Origin: a virus
Lineage: Duplodnaviria; Heunggongvirae; Uroviricota; Caudoviricetes
IMG/VR virus record: IMGVR_UViG_2740892036_000005
Span: 1 to 11,596 of that record
Direction: 5' to 3' (one strand)
Length of the DNA stretch: 11,596 nucleotides
This document shows positions 1 to 8,721 of the stretch, in pieces. Position numbers and translations under genes: made by a program. Below the pieces are notes generated by a model, which ran no database searches, was not told where the DNA came from, and was given only the letters and a program-made list of their open reading frames with translations. Within the stretch, counting starts at the first letter, position 1, and every line of letters starts with the position of its first letter.

Positions 1-340
1 GATTAGCTTCTTCCAATAATTAAAATTTTACCAAGCGTTTATGCCTTACAATATGTATTGTATCTCACCGTAAAACATATTTATATGGTTTTAAACCTAT
101 CTGTAAATCTTGACACCTTGGCAAGAACCTAATCCTACATTTTAATATCAATCTATATAATATAGCCAGTGTCATAATAATCGGGCTTGTCATAGTTAAG
201 TATTCTCCTCCGATATCCCAATGAGATAAGCAAGTCATCAGTGTTATAAATGAAAAGATCACATTTTTCAAAGAGTTATTATGATGAAATATTATTCAAA
301 ACGCAATGTAGCTGAAACGAGTCTGAGTTTAACATCCGCT
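1..340. other. AT-rich non-coding flank (module boundary)
   Basis: Base composition drops abruptly to strongly AT-rich compared with the GC-rich tail genes to the right. All three plus frames and all three minus frames have stop codons within the first ~65 nt, so no gene can enter from the left edge with meaningful coding length. The only ORFs are short, hydrophobic/AT-biased and lack a Shine-Dalgarno sequence. A TATAAT hexamer is at 156..161 and TTGACA at 110..115, but the spacing is not canonical. Confidence 0.5.
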
Positions 341-537
341 CCTAGTACATAGCAGTCCTAGGGACAGTGGCATAAAGTCTTAGATGGTCGGTGGGAGGTG
401 GTGGAAATCCCCTCATGCAAAAAACACATAAAATCGATAACAGCTGGAAATCATTCAATACTCGCACTATTGAAAGTTCACCAGCCAGCCGCAGCACGTT
501 CCTGCATACGACGTGTCTGCGGCATATCACAAAACGA

Positions 538-720
538 TTACTCCATAACAGGGACAGCAGGCCACTCAATATCCGGTGCAGTTGATGTATCAACACGGTT
601 CAGCAACACCCGATACTTTTTCCATGCGGCCAGTAACGCTTTCTCTTCCTCCGTTGCGATTTCCAGCTCAACAACAGTCTGAACGTACCGGGAACAGCCT
701 CCTTCAGAGCTTGAAGGATA
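538..720 (-). pseudogene. tfa: 3' remnant of tail fibre assembly gene (tfa), no start codon
   Basis: Manual translation of the minus strand immediately after the stf stop (TGA, 721..723), in the same frame, gives 60 sense codons ending in TAA (538..540): [60 protein letters not shown]. The last ~43 residues (about 541..670) match, from memory, the conserved C-terminus of lambda/Rac/e14-type Tfa proteins (the ...[22 protein letters not shown]... motif). There is no ATG/GTG/TTG start with an RBS and the N-terminal ~150 codons of a normal tfa are absent. The ORF track does not list it because it has no start. Confidence 0.55.
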
Positions 721-3700
721 TCAATGTTCGCTTCCTGTTAACTGCCGGACAAGTGCAACCAGTTCGCTTACCTGATTTTCCAGAGTGCTGATCCGGGTGT
801 CTGCTGTTGCCAGATTTTCACGTAGCGTTGTGTTTTCCTCTTCCAGCGCGGTAACGCGATCATCTGTTTCACGGGCGACCTGAACAAGTAAACCCGTCAC
901 GGCGGCGTAGTCAACATTAAGATAGCGCGTTTCTTCGCGTAGCTCGTTGCCGTCAACGGTCGGGCCTTGCAACTCTTCACCGTAATGGATGAATGAACCA
1001 ACGGCCTCCGGGATGGCCTCTTCAACTTCCTGGGCTATAACCCCGGCGCAATGTGCCCCATTCTCCTTGAGCGTGTACGTGTATCCATTAATTTTGCGGA
1101 TTGCGTCAGTCGCGTTATCGATAATCTCGATATTTTCTTTCAGTCTGCGGTCTGATGACTGATTCAGTGTGGTGCAGTTAACACTTCCGTTTACAGTAAG
1201 GTTTTGCCCGTCTGTTGTTTTTTGCGCATAAAACAGATACGCAGCAGACGTGCCAACCTCAAAAACGTTTTGTCGAGTACTGGAACCCCACACCCTGACA
1301 GAAAACGGTAGTTCTGCATTACCTGAGTTCTGTAAAACAAAACGATTACCAGTCCCTGATTGCTTTGTAAGGGTTAAATCAACGGTTGAGTTAACCTCAT
1401 TCCTGTTGATAGTGAGCGCCTGCGCTGTAGCCCCGTTAACAGCACCTGTTTTGAGTTGAACCGCGCCGTCATTACCATTTAACAGTATCTCAGCTCCGCT
1501 AAAGAAATTTTTTAGCGACAGCATCTTACTTACGCCGACTGATGAACCCAACGCCCACGCGAGAGAATTACCGGTGCTATCAAACCCACGTACAAAGCAA
1601 TCCATTTTGCTATAGTCTGACGTGCTTCCAAGGACATCAATCCGCCCTCCGCCAGATTTTACCGGACTAGATGTGGTTAACGACCTGACAGTTATATCCT
1701 GATTCCATCCGGAAACAACAACCTGACTCCACGCTGTCCAGTTTCCATTAACAACAAAGCGAACGTATATACGTTTTGTGTCGCTGTTAATCAGCGTTTG
1801 CATGTTCGCATAATCTGAATCCCTAACCTTACGAGTCGATTCAACACGGAGCAAAAAGTTACCTGTTACGCCGTCAGGCTTGTTGGTGATATTTGCACCA
1901 CCTGCAGAGGATGGACAAATATAGTATTTAACTGCCCCGGCATCTGACTTGATGATGGTCAGGTTGTTAAGATTAACCGTCTGGCCGTCAATGTTTTCCG
2001 GCTCGATGGCTCCTGCTATCCCGGCACTGAACGTAGCAACGGCTGAAAACGCTGTCGTACCTTTGAAAGCCAGTTGACCACCAATCGTTAATCCCTTGTC
2101 GAGTTTCGCTTGCGTGATCAATTTGCTGTTTTGTTTCTGATCAGGACTCTCACCAAAAGCCAGATCCCCATTAGTATCAATTCCAAGATACTTTGGGTTC
2201 ACGTTGTCTAACTTAAACCCAATGGACACATTTTCAGAAGAACCAGAACGCGTTAAAACTAACGGCGTGTGCTGTACTCCATAGATGCTTAGCGTAGTTG
2301 CCGATGAGCCAGTGTCGGTATTTGCAATCTCAATCGTTCTGCTTTTAATTTTATACGCTACTGTGAGATCACGGACTTCAACCCTCCCGTCGTGACGAAC
2401 AACAAGATCCCCTCCTGATGTCCCCCCTGCTGTCTTTGCCCTGATGCGAACTTCGCCAAGCGAATCAGTGTTAGGACCAGCATAGATTATGCCGCGCTCT
2501 GTGTTATCGCCAGTATAAAACCGCAAAGCGGTGACTCCACTGTCTGCCCGCAGGAAGACTGACGGTGTACCTTTTTTGATTGTCAAGTCACCGGTCATTG
2601 TATCGCCGGTTTTTTTTACCTGCGCATCGTTCGTTACGTTGCCAAGTCCAACATCCGATTTCGACGGCTTGTTTGCCGAGCCGTATAGCTCATTGATGCT
2701 AAAAGTCCCGTTGTTAAGCCGGGCATCGTTGCCGGCATAGATCTTAATCTTCGCGGTTGAGTAGTCGATATTGATCGCTGACCACGTATCGCCGCACCGC
2801 GAGAATATACCAGAACCGTGGCTATAAATGGTCGCCGTGCTTCCGGTCGGCTTATCACCGCGCCAGAAATGACCACCTTTGTCACGCAGAGCTTTTAAGA
2901 TCTCTACATCGCTCATCTTGCCGTTTGTTGATATCCCGCTACCGCCAAGACCGAAAGCGCCTGTAAGCATAGCATTAGAAAGACCCAAATCTGCTTTAGT
3001 CGGCTTGTTTAACTGGTCGTAAATCCTTACAACGGGGCTTTCAACATATCCAGAAGGCGCGGCGGTTTGCTTAACAAATCCGTCTGGAATGTATAATTCC
3101 GTGCGTGCCGTCTGCGCCAGTACCGCAACCTTTGCGCCGTTGATAAATGCACGCTGGAAGGCCCAAACCTCAATAAAGCCATCATCTTTAACCAGGCCGT
3201 AACGCATTTGCATGCTATTGATTAGCCCGGTTGGCCCTAAACGGCGTATACTCAGGTAACGAGATACATTATCAGCAGTAAGCGAAGAAGGCAGACCGCG
3301 CGCCGAGATCTCGATAAAGTCAATGTTTCCGTAAGGGGAGCCGTAGTCACCGCCGTTAGTAACCATTAGCGTTACATGGCAATTGTTGCTTCCGGGATCG
3401 GAAAGTTTCGCGATCTTTATGTAAAAAGACTCATTACCAGTAACAACGGGCCAATCGTATTGCGTCATCGGGCTGACGAGTCCCCCGACCTTGTCGAGAT
3501 ATTCTTTCGCCTTGTTCTCTGACGCTTTAGCGTTGGTTTCGCTGACCTTTGCTGCTGACTCACTATTTTTCGCGTTGGTTTCTGATTTTTTGGCTGCTGT
3601 CGCGGAATTTGCCGATGCAGTTTGTGAGTCTGCTGCCGCCTGTGCGCTGTTATCCGCATTCATCTCAGACGTTTTTGCGGCCTTCGCGGAATTTCCTGCC

Positions 3701-4497
3701 GCCGTTGCCGAGGAAGCTGCACTGCCGGCGCTCGAGGCTGCGCTCGTTTCTGATGATTTTGCCGCCACTTTTGAAGCCGACGCATCCCGGGCTGAGGTGG
3801 CAGCTTCTGACGCTTTCGTGGTCGCGGTGGATGCAGAAGTGGCCGCAGATTTTTGTGATGCTGCGGCATTCGTTTCTGACGTTTTCGCTGCACCGGCACT
3901 GGTGGCTGCCGCGCTTTTTGAAGACTCTGCAGCGGCAGCACTTTTTGATGCTTCAGTAGCCTTTGCTGATGCCGTTCCTGCGCTGGAAGACGCTGACTGA
4001 GCCGACGACGCGGCCTGTCCGGCTGACGTGCTGGCTGCGCGTGCTGAGTCTGCAGCATCAGTCGCATGGGTTGCCGCCTCACGGGCAGATGTGCCGGCAT
4101 CGCTGGCTGACTTCTTTGCGGCTGCCGTGTTCTGTGCCACTGCGGACGCGTTACGCGCCACCTCTTCCACCATCAGCTCAAAACGGCGCAGTGCCTCCGG
4201 ACGGGCATCATCCTCCGTCATGGCACCGAGAAAATCATTCAGCGTACCGGGTTGAGAATCTTCATACACGGTGATGGTCCCGGCATGTGACGGCGGGAAT
4301 CCTTCCACCAACAGAATAACGCTGTACTGACCGTACTCAACGTCCATGCTGTAACGCCCGGCTTCATCCGGATTTTCTGAGGCCAGCGTGTTCACCACCA
4401 CCGTGGTGCTGTTACGTTTTGCTTTCAGCTGGATTGTGCAGTTCTGTACCGGTTTTCCTGTGCCGTCTTTCAGTACACCTGAAATCTTTACTGCCAT
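721..4497 (-). CDS. stf: Side tail fibre protein (lambda Stf-like N-terminus, Ala/Ser-rich repeat shaft, distal fibre region, C-terminal S74 intramolecular chaperone)
   Basis: ORF 721..4503 (1260 aa). The likely true start is the ATG at 4495..4497, giving MAVKISGVLKDGTGKPVQNCTIQLKAK..., the N-terminus I recognise from lambda Stf and the StfR/StfQ family; the GTG at 4503 is an upstream in-frame alternative. Stop is TGA at 721..723. The protein contains tail-fibre motifs (KPSKSDVGLGNVTNDAQVKKTGDTMTGDLTI). It follows lom, as stf does in lambda. Confidence 0.88.
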   Translation of the reverse strand: MAVKISGVLKDGTGKPVQNCTIQLKAKRNSTTVVVNTLASENPDEAGRYSMDVEYGQYSVILLVEGFPPSHAGTITVYEDSQPGTLNDFLGAMTEDDARPEALRRFELMVEEVARNASAVAQNTAAAKKSASDAGTSAREAATHATDAADSARAASTSAGQAASSAQSASSSAGTASAKATEASKSAAAAESSKSAAATSAGAAKTSETNAAASQKSAATSASTATTKASEAATSARDASASKVAAKSSETSAASSAGSAASSATAAGNSAKAAKTSEMNADNSAQAAADSQTASANSATAAKKSETNAKNSESAAKVSETNAKASENKAKEYLDKVGGLVSPMTQYDWPVVTGNESFYIKIAKLSDPGSNNCHVTLMVTNGGDYGSPYGNIDFIEISARGLPSSLTADNVSRYLSIRRLGPTGLINSMQMRYGLVKDDGFIEVWAFQRAFINGAKVAVLAQTARTELYIPDGFVKQTAAPSGYVESPVVRIYDQLNKPTKADLGLSNAMLTGAFGLGGSGISTNGKMSDVEILKALRDKGGHFWRGDKPTGSTATIYSHGSGIFSRCGDTWSAINIDYSTAKIKIYAGNDARLNNGTFSINELYGSANKPSKSDVGLGNVTNDAQVKKTGDTMTGDLTIKKGTPSVFLRADSGVTALRFYTGDNTERGIIYAGPNTDSLGEVRIRAKTAGGTSGGDLVVRHDGRVEVRDLTVAYKIKSRTIEIANTDTGSSATTLSIYGVQHTPLVLTRSGSSENVSIGFKLDNVNPKYLGIDTNGDLAFGESPDQKQNSKLITQAKLDKGLTIGGQLAFKGTTAFSAVATFSAGIAGAIEPENIDGQTVNLNNLTIIKSDAGAVKYYICPSSAGGANITNKPDGVTGNFLLRVESTRKVRDSDYANMQTLINSDTKRIYVRFVVNGNWTAWSQVVVSGWNQDITVRSLTTSSPVKSGGGRIDVLGSTSDYSKMDCFVRGFDSTGNSLAWALGSSVGVSKMLSLKNFFSGAEILLNGNDGAVQLKTGAVNGATAQALTINRNEVNSTVDLTLTKQSGTGNRFVLQNSGNAELPFSVRVWGSSTRQNVFEVGTSAAYLFYAQKTTDGQNLTVNGSVNCTTLNQSSDRRLKENIEIIDNATDAIRKINGYTYTLKENGAHCAGVIAQEVEEAIPEAVGSFIHYGEELQGPTVDGNELREETRYLNVDYAAVTGLLVQVARETDDRVTALEEENTTLRENLATADTRISTLENQVSELVALVRQLTGSEH
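724..1152 (-). other. Peptidase S74-type C-terminal intramolecular chaperone domain of the tail fibre (predicted autocleavage at Ser|Asp, codons 1153..1155 | 1150..1152)
   Basis: The last 143 residues are ...NQSS|DRRLKENIEIIDNATDAIRKINGYTYTLKENGAHCAGVIAQEVEEAIPEAVGSF... followed by a heptad-like helical tail. The S-D-x-R-x-K-x-N-I and G-V-I-A-Q-E-V-E-E-x-I-P-E-x-V signatures are characteristic of the self-cleaving chaperone domain of endosialidases and of phage tail fibres/spikes such as T5 pb1 (Pfam Peptidase_S74 family). This is a motif-level call made from memory. Confidence 0.7.
3500..4160 (-). repeat. Degenerate ~42-nt (14-codon) tandem repeat array encoding the Ala/Ser/Thr/Lys-rich fibre shaft
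   Basis: Protein residues ~115-335 of Stf read as 14-aa periodic units (AKTSETNAAASQKS / AATSASTATTKASE / AATSARDASASKVA / AKSSETSAASSAGS ...). The plus-strand DNA shows recurring gtttctga(c/t)g(c/t)ttt(c/t)gc-type units. It also generates a spurious Ala/Phe-rich antisense ORF (3491..4000 plus). Confidence 0.65.
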
Positions 4498-4508
4498 ATT
4501 CACCCCAC

Positions 4509-4535
4509 AAAAAAGCCCGCCTGAACCGGCGGGCT
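4509..4535 (-). terminator. Intrinsic terminator downstream of lom (between lom and stf)
   Basis: On the minus strand: AGCCCGCC-GGUUCA-GGCGGGCU followed by UUUUUU. This is a perfect 8-bp GC-rich stem (plus 4514..4521 pairing with 4528..4535), a 6-nt loop, and a 6-U tract (plus A-run 4509..4514). It lies 26 nt downstream of the lom stop. Confidence 0.65.
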
Positions 4536-4561
4536 GTCATAACACTGTGTTACCTGGCTAA

Positions 4562-5161
4562 TCAGAACTTATAACCGACACCCATGATGAAACCGTCAGT
4601 GCGCCAGTCGCCACTGCCGGAGCCTTCATAAGCAATATCAATGGCCACGGATTCGGTCGGGTTAAACTGCACGCCAGCTCCCCACGCCAGAGACGTGTTG
4701 CTGTGGCGACCGTCATCACTTCCGGTCAGCACATCGTGCGTTTTCCCCTTGTTGTCAGTTACGCGGAGATAATCCCCGGAGAAAGTCGACACACGGCTGT
4801 AAGCCACACCCGCCATCGCATACGCGCTGAACCATTCATTCACGCGCACAGACGGCCCCGCCATCACGCTGAACCAGCGGTTACGCACGGAATCCTCATG
4901 CCAGCGGGTATCGCTGTAATGCGTTTTTTGCTCATCTTCAGCGTTGGCATAACTGAATGACGTAATCAGCCCCAGCGTGTCCGTAAACTCATAACGGTAT
5001 TTCACGTTAATCCCGTTCAGATCATCACTACCGGGAACGTTCGTCGAGGCATGAAGATACCCTGCGCTCAGTGTGGCCTGCTGCTCAGACGCCCATGCAG
5101 GCGCACCGGATACGGCCAGACAGATGGCTGCGGACAAAATGGCTGCACAAACTTTACGCAT
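4562..5161 (-). CDS. lom: Lom-like outer membrane protein (Ail/Lom/PagC/Rck family beta-barrel)
   Basis: 199 aa, ATG at 5159..5161 with a GAGAGG Shine-Dalgarno sequence upstream. It has an N-terminal signal peptide (MRKVCAAILSAAICLAVSGAPAWA|SEQ) and the family C-terminus ...DIAYEGSGSGDWRTDGFIMGVGYKF that I recognise from lambda Lom. Its position between J and stf is the same as in lambda. Confidence 0.9.
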   Translation of the reverse strand: MRKVCAAILSAAICLAVSGAPAWASEQQATLSAGYLHASTNVPGSDDLNGINVKYRYEFTDTLGLITSFSYANAEDEQKTHYSDTRWHEDSVRNRWFSVMAGPSVRVNEWFSAYAMAGVAYSRVSTFSGDYLRVTDNKGKTHDVLTGSDDGRHSNTSLAWGAGVQFNPTESVAIDIAYEGSGSGDWRTDGFIMGVGYKF

Positions 5162-5185
5162 AATTACCTCTCGCTTTTCTGCAAT

Positions 5186-5210
5186 AAAAAAGGCGCCAGA
5201 AATGGCGCCC
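5186..5210 (-). terminator. Intrinsic terminator-like hairpin between J and lom
   Basis: On the minus strand: GGCGCCA-UUUC-UGGCGCC followed by UUUUUU (stem plus 5192..5198 / 5203..5209; U-tract from plus A-run 5186..5191). It starts 19 nt downstream of the J stop and ends 24 nt upstream of the lom ATG. Confidence 0.55.
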
Positions 5211-5228
5211 GCATATGGGTTATAAAAT

Positions 5229-8200
5229 TCAGCTGATACTGATACCTGCTGTGGATTTCTTCATCACCACAACCAGCAAATCACTGATACTGGCTGTGGG
5301 ATACCAGTCATTTACCAGCCACGCTGATACCGAAAACTCCAGCGTCATGTGACCGCGACCAGCAGGCATATCAATAACACCTGTATAAACCAGCGTATTA
5401 TCCAGCGCGGTACGGTTATAAATTTCAGCACCGTTTTTCTTCACCATCAGGCGGCATGACGAATAAATATCGTTATTCTCCCGCTCATGTTTAGCGCCAC
5501 GAAACGCCACCGCGGGAATAACAATCTGCCGGTCAAACGGCTGATCGTCATAAACCCTGACGGTAATGGTCCCTGATGGCCACCGCTCCGGTGCACGGGA
5601 GTCCCGGGGGAAAGCTTTGCCCACTGTTTTAACGAGATCGCCTTCAATCTGGTTCGCAGACAGTTTTCCCAGAACCCGACAGTTCTCGTTAATCGTGACG
5701 TTGTTGAGCGTCCCGGAGTTCGCATTCACGTTACCGCTGATATCGGCATTTTTCGCCGTCAGCCGCCCGTCCGGTGTCAGGGAAAATACCGGAGGATTAC
5801 CGCCGCTGGTAATGGTGGGAGCCGTCAGGCGTTTCAGGAACACTTCGTTCATGAATATCTGATCGCCCTGACCAACAAACATCGGCTTTGTGTTGCCATT
5901 CGCAGGATTAATCATCGCAATCCTGTCTGCCGCCAGCAGCACCTGACTCTGCATGCCGTCAGGGGTGTTCTCAATACCGGCACCAATACCCGCGATATAA
6001 AGGCGTCCGTCCTGCATCTGCTGCAGCTTCACAGCCCACATGCTGTTCAGGTTATTATTTGTATCAACCTGAACCTTCTGTATCTGCTGAATTGCCGCAC
6101 TCTGGTCTTCCAGTTTCTTATTGACGGTCTGTGTGATTTCATTGCTGACATCCGTAATGGATGTCCTGATTTCAGCCAGGTCAGGCGCAAGCTGACCGTT
6201 ATCAATCTGCGTCCACAGCTCCTGAGCCAGATGGGTTTTCCCTATCTCGCCTTTGAAAAAATCCAGATAGCCGGATGCGTCATCACTCGGCTGACCAACA
6301 GCCTCCACGAATGCCGATTTGCCAACGGTGTTCACACTGCGAACGTAAAAATAATAATTATGGCCCGGCCTGATATTGATACTGGCGGCTATCCAGTACA
6401 GCGCCGTGCCAAGATAGCGTGCTGTGGTTTCAACCTGCCTGATATCCGCAATCCGCTTTTCCGAGAACCAGAACTCAAACTGTACCGTCGGATCATAAAC
6501 CGCAAGATGCGGCGTGGCGGTTATCTGAAAATAGCCCGGCGTCAGCTCAATCCGCGACGGCGCTGCCGGTGCGGCAATCCGGAACGATACCGACGCCGGA
6601 TCGCCCTGCTGTCCCCACGCATTTACCGCCCGGACTGTCAGCCTGTAGTTTCCCAGCGCCAGCTGCGTGAAGCGGTATGTGGTTTCCGTCGTCCTGGCTG
6701 TGCTGACCAGCCGCTCACTGCCGTCATCCGCTGTCACGGTCAGACGGAGCAGGAAGCTCACGCCCTTCACCACCTTCGGTGTGTCCCAGCGCGCCAGAAC
6801 CTGATATTCCCCGCTGTCTGCGGTGACTTCGGCGGTCAGGTGCTGCACCGCTGGCGGCGTGACACCATTCACCGTGCCGCTCTGGTCGCCGTCAAAGTGC
6901 GCCCCGTTATCCACGATGGCCTCTTTTTCCGGTACATGCTGCACGGCGGTGATGGCATACGTACCGTCATCGTTCTCACGGATACTCACACAGCGGAACA
7001 GGCGCTGGCGCAGCGTCGGCAGCTTCAGCCCCCACACGCTGTATTCGGCAACGCCGTCAGGAACACGGCTCACTTTCACCTTCACGCCGTCGGTGACGGA
7101 CTGGACCTCCACGCTGACCGGATTGCCATTTCCGTCAACCAGGCTTATCAGCGTGGTTCCGGAGGATGGCAGCATGATTTCACGGTCGAGCGTCAGTGTC
7201 CGGGTCTGGCTGTTTACCGCAAGCACGCGCCCGCCGACGCTGATACCCGCATAGTCATCATCGCAGATTTCAATGACATCGCCCGGTACATGGCGAAGCC
7301 CTTCTGCGCCCACGCTGAAGTCCACAGTCTGCGTTTCCAGCAGCTCCGTTTTAATCAGCCACAGCCCGGCGCGGTGTGCCTGCCCCCGGCTGGTACAGCC
7401 AAAGGCATCCATCTTCGTGACGTTACGACCGTAACGGGCAATGGCCTGCGTGTCCTCCACAAGCTCTGTTGCCGTCTCCCAGCCGTTGTCCGGGTCAATC
7501 CAGTTCACCTCAACGGCATTATGGCGGTCCTTCAGGGCGCTGAAGCTGTAGCGGAACGGCGCGTCATCATCCGGCATCACCACATTACTGCGGTTATAGG
7601 TCCACACCTTATCCGACGGTCGGTCCTGCACGAACGTCAGCGTCTGCCCGTTCCATACCGGCATACAGCGCATCGCCGAGCAGAAATCACTGAGCACATC
7701 CCACGCCTTTCGCTGTGTGGTCAGGTAGGCATTACAGGTGATGCGCGGCTCCGTGCCGCCAAAACCGTCCGGCACCGACTGGTCGCAATACTGGCCGATG
7801 ACATACAGCGCCCATTTGTCCACATCCGCCGCACCAAGACGTTTCCCCATGCCGTAGCGCGGGTGGGTCAGCATATCCCACAGACACCAGGCCGGGTTGT
7901 TGCTGTATGCCGGCTTAAACGTTCCGTCCCAGATACCGCTGTATTGCCGCGTCTGCGGGTTATAGTTCGACGGCACCTGCAGAATGCGCCCGCGAAGATG
8001 ATAATTACGGCTCACCTGCTGGCTGCCGAACTGCTCCGAGTCCACCTGCACGCCGACCAGTGCCGTGTTCGGGTAGCACTGTTTCACATCGATGATTTCG
8101 GTGTATGACGACCAGAGCGTTTTGTTCTGCAGCTGGTCTGTGGTGCTGTCCGGCGTCATCCTGCGCATCCGGATATTAAACGGGCGCGGCGGCAGGCTAC

Positions 8201-8708
8201 CCACCACCACCGAGGCCAGATACTGCGAGGTGGTTTTGCCCTTAATGGTGATGTCTTTTTCCGTCACCCAGCCACCATTACGCTGTATCTGAACCAGCAG
8301 GCGGACTTCCGACGGATTCCGGTCCCCCTTTGAGGTGGTTTCCACCAGTGCCTGTACACCGAAGGTAAAGCGCAGACGGTCGATGTTTGCCGACGTAATG
8401 GTGCGGGTGATCGGCGTGTCATATTTCACTTCCGTACCCAGCACCGTCTCGGAGCCGGAGGATTCAAATCCCTCCGGCGGTGACTGCTCCTGCTCACCTG
8501 CCCGGAACACCACCGTGACGCCGGATATATTGGTATTCCCCTCACTGTCCAGCACCGGCGTACTGTTCAGCAGCACGCTTTTTAATCCATCCACCGGACC
8601 TTCAATCGGCCCTTCGCTGATGGCATCAATCACACTCAGCAGCTGCGTGGATTTCAGGTTGTCCTTCGCTTCGCGCGGGGTATGCCCCTTACTGCTGCCT
8701 TTACCCAT
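5229..8708 (-). CDS. J: Tail tip / central tail fibre host-specificity protein J, with a divergent C-terminal receptor-binding region
   Basis: 1159 aa, ATG at 8706..8708 with GGAG upstream, stop TGA at 5229..5231. The N-terminus [54 protein letters not shown]... and roughly the first 800 residues read as lambda J. The last ~350 residues (about 5232..6290) are recognisably homologous but substantially diverged, and the protein is ~27 aa longer than lambda J (1132 aa). Confidence 0.95.
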   Translation of the reverse strand: MGKGSSKGHTPREAKDNLKSTQLLSVIDAISEGPIEGPVDGLKSVLLNSTPVLDSEGNTNISGVTVVFRAGEQEQSPPEGFESSGSETVLGTEVKYDTPITRTITSANIDRLRFTFGVQALVETTSKGDRNPSEVRLLVQIQRNGGWVTEKDITIKGKTTSQYLASVVVGSLPPRPFNIRMRRMTPDSTTDQLQNKTLWSSYTEIIDVKQCYPNTALVGVQVDSEQFGSQQVSRNYHLRGRILQVPSNYNPQTRQYSGIWDGTFKPAYSNNPAWCLWDMLTHPRYGMGKRLGAADVDKWALYVIGQYCDQSVPDGFGGTEPRITCNAYLTTQRKAWDVLSDFCSAMRCMPVWNGQTLTFVQDRPSDKVWTYNRSNVVMPDDDAPFRYSFSALKDRHNAVEVNWIDPDNGWETATELVEDTQAIARYGRNVTKMDAFGCTSRGQAHRAGLWLIKTELLETQTVDFSVGAEGLRHVPGDVIEICDDDYAGISVGGRVLAVNSQTRTLTLDREIMLPSSGTTLISLVDGNGNPVSVEVQSVTDGVKVKVSRVPDGVAEYSVWGLKLPTLRQRLFRCVSIRENDDGTYAITAVQHVPEKEAIVDNGAHFDGDQSGTVNGVTPPAVQHLTAEVTADSGEYQVLARWDTPKVVKGVSFLLRLTVTADDGSERLVSTARTTETTYRFTQLALGNYRLTVRAVNAWGQQGDPASVSFRIAAPAAPSRIELTPGYFQITATPHLAVYDPTVQFEFWFSEKRIADIRQVETTARYLGTALYWIAASINIRPGHNYYFYVRSVNTVGKSAFVEAVGQPSDDASGYLDFFKGEIGKTHLAQELWTQIDNGQLAPDLAEIRTSITDVSNEITQTVNKKLEDQSAAIQQIQKVQVDTNNNLNSMWAVKLQQMQDGRLYIAGIGAGIENTPDGMQSQVLLAADRIAMINPANGNTKPMFVGQGDQIFMNEVFLKRLTAPTITSGGNPPVFSLTPDGRLTAKNADISGNVNANSGTLNNVTINENCRVLGKLSANQIEGDLVKTVGKAFPRDSRAPERWPSGTITVRVYDDQPFDRQIVIPAVAFRGAKHERENNDIYSSCRLMVKKNGAEIYNRTALDNTLVYTGVIDMPAGRGHMTLEFSVSAWLVNDWYPTASISDLLVVVMKKSTAGISIS

Positions 8709-8721
8709 TCGTCATGCTCCA

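Noticed and set aside
65-271. 68-aa minus-strand ORF in the AT-rich flank
   Set aside because: It uses a TTG start with no Shine-Dalgarno sequence, and its composition (F/I/L/K/N-rich) is what AT-rich DNA gives in any frame. I recognise no domain.
385-410. tRNA-like T-arm motif (GGTGGAAATCC) that might mark an integration site
   Set aside because: The flanking bases do not form the required 5-bp T-stem (only 4 bp of GAGG/CCTC can pair), and there is no acceptor stem or CCA context. It is probably coincidental.
342-682. Small ORFs on both strands (84, 64 and 94 aa)
   Set aside because: They overlap the tfa remnant frame or its antisense and have no RBS or recognisable sequence. The biologically meaningful frame here is the start-less tfa 3' fragment.
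721-723. Possibility that the stf TGA is read through to append the Tfa-like 60 residues
   Set aside because: The S74 chaperone domain already provides a complete, self-releasing C-terminus, and I see no recoding signal. A recombination remnant is the more economical explanation. I cannot fully exclude read-through from sequence alone.
3491-4100. Plus-strand 169-aa Ala/Phe/Asp-rich ORF and minus-strand 146-aa Arg/Pro/Gln-rich ORF
   Set aside because: Both are alternative-frame or antisense readings of the 42-nt repeat array inside stf. The periodic low-complexity sequence keeps several frames open.
6231-8108. 625-aa plus-strand ORF
   Set aside because: It lies entirely antisense to J, whose protein is confidently recognisable over its full length. 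The translation is Arg/His/Pro-rich, as expected for the reverse complement of a GC-rich gene, and there is no RBS or recognisable fold. It is a long open antisense frame by codon-bias chance.
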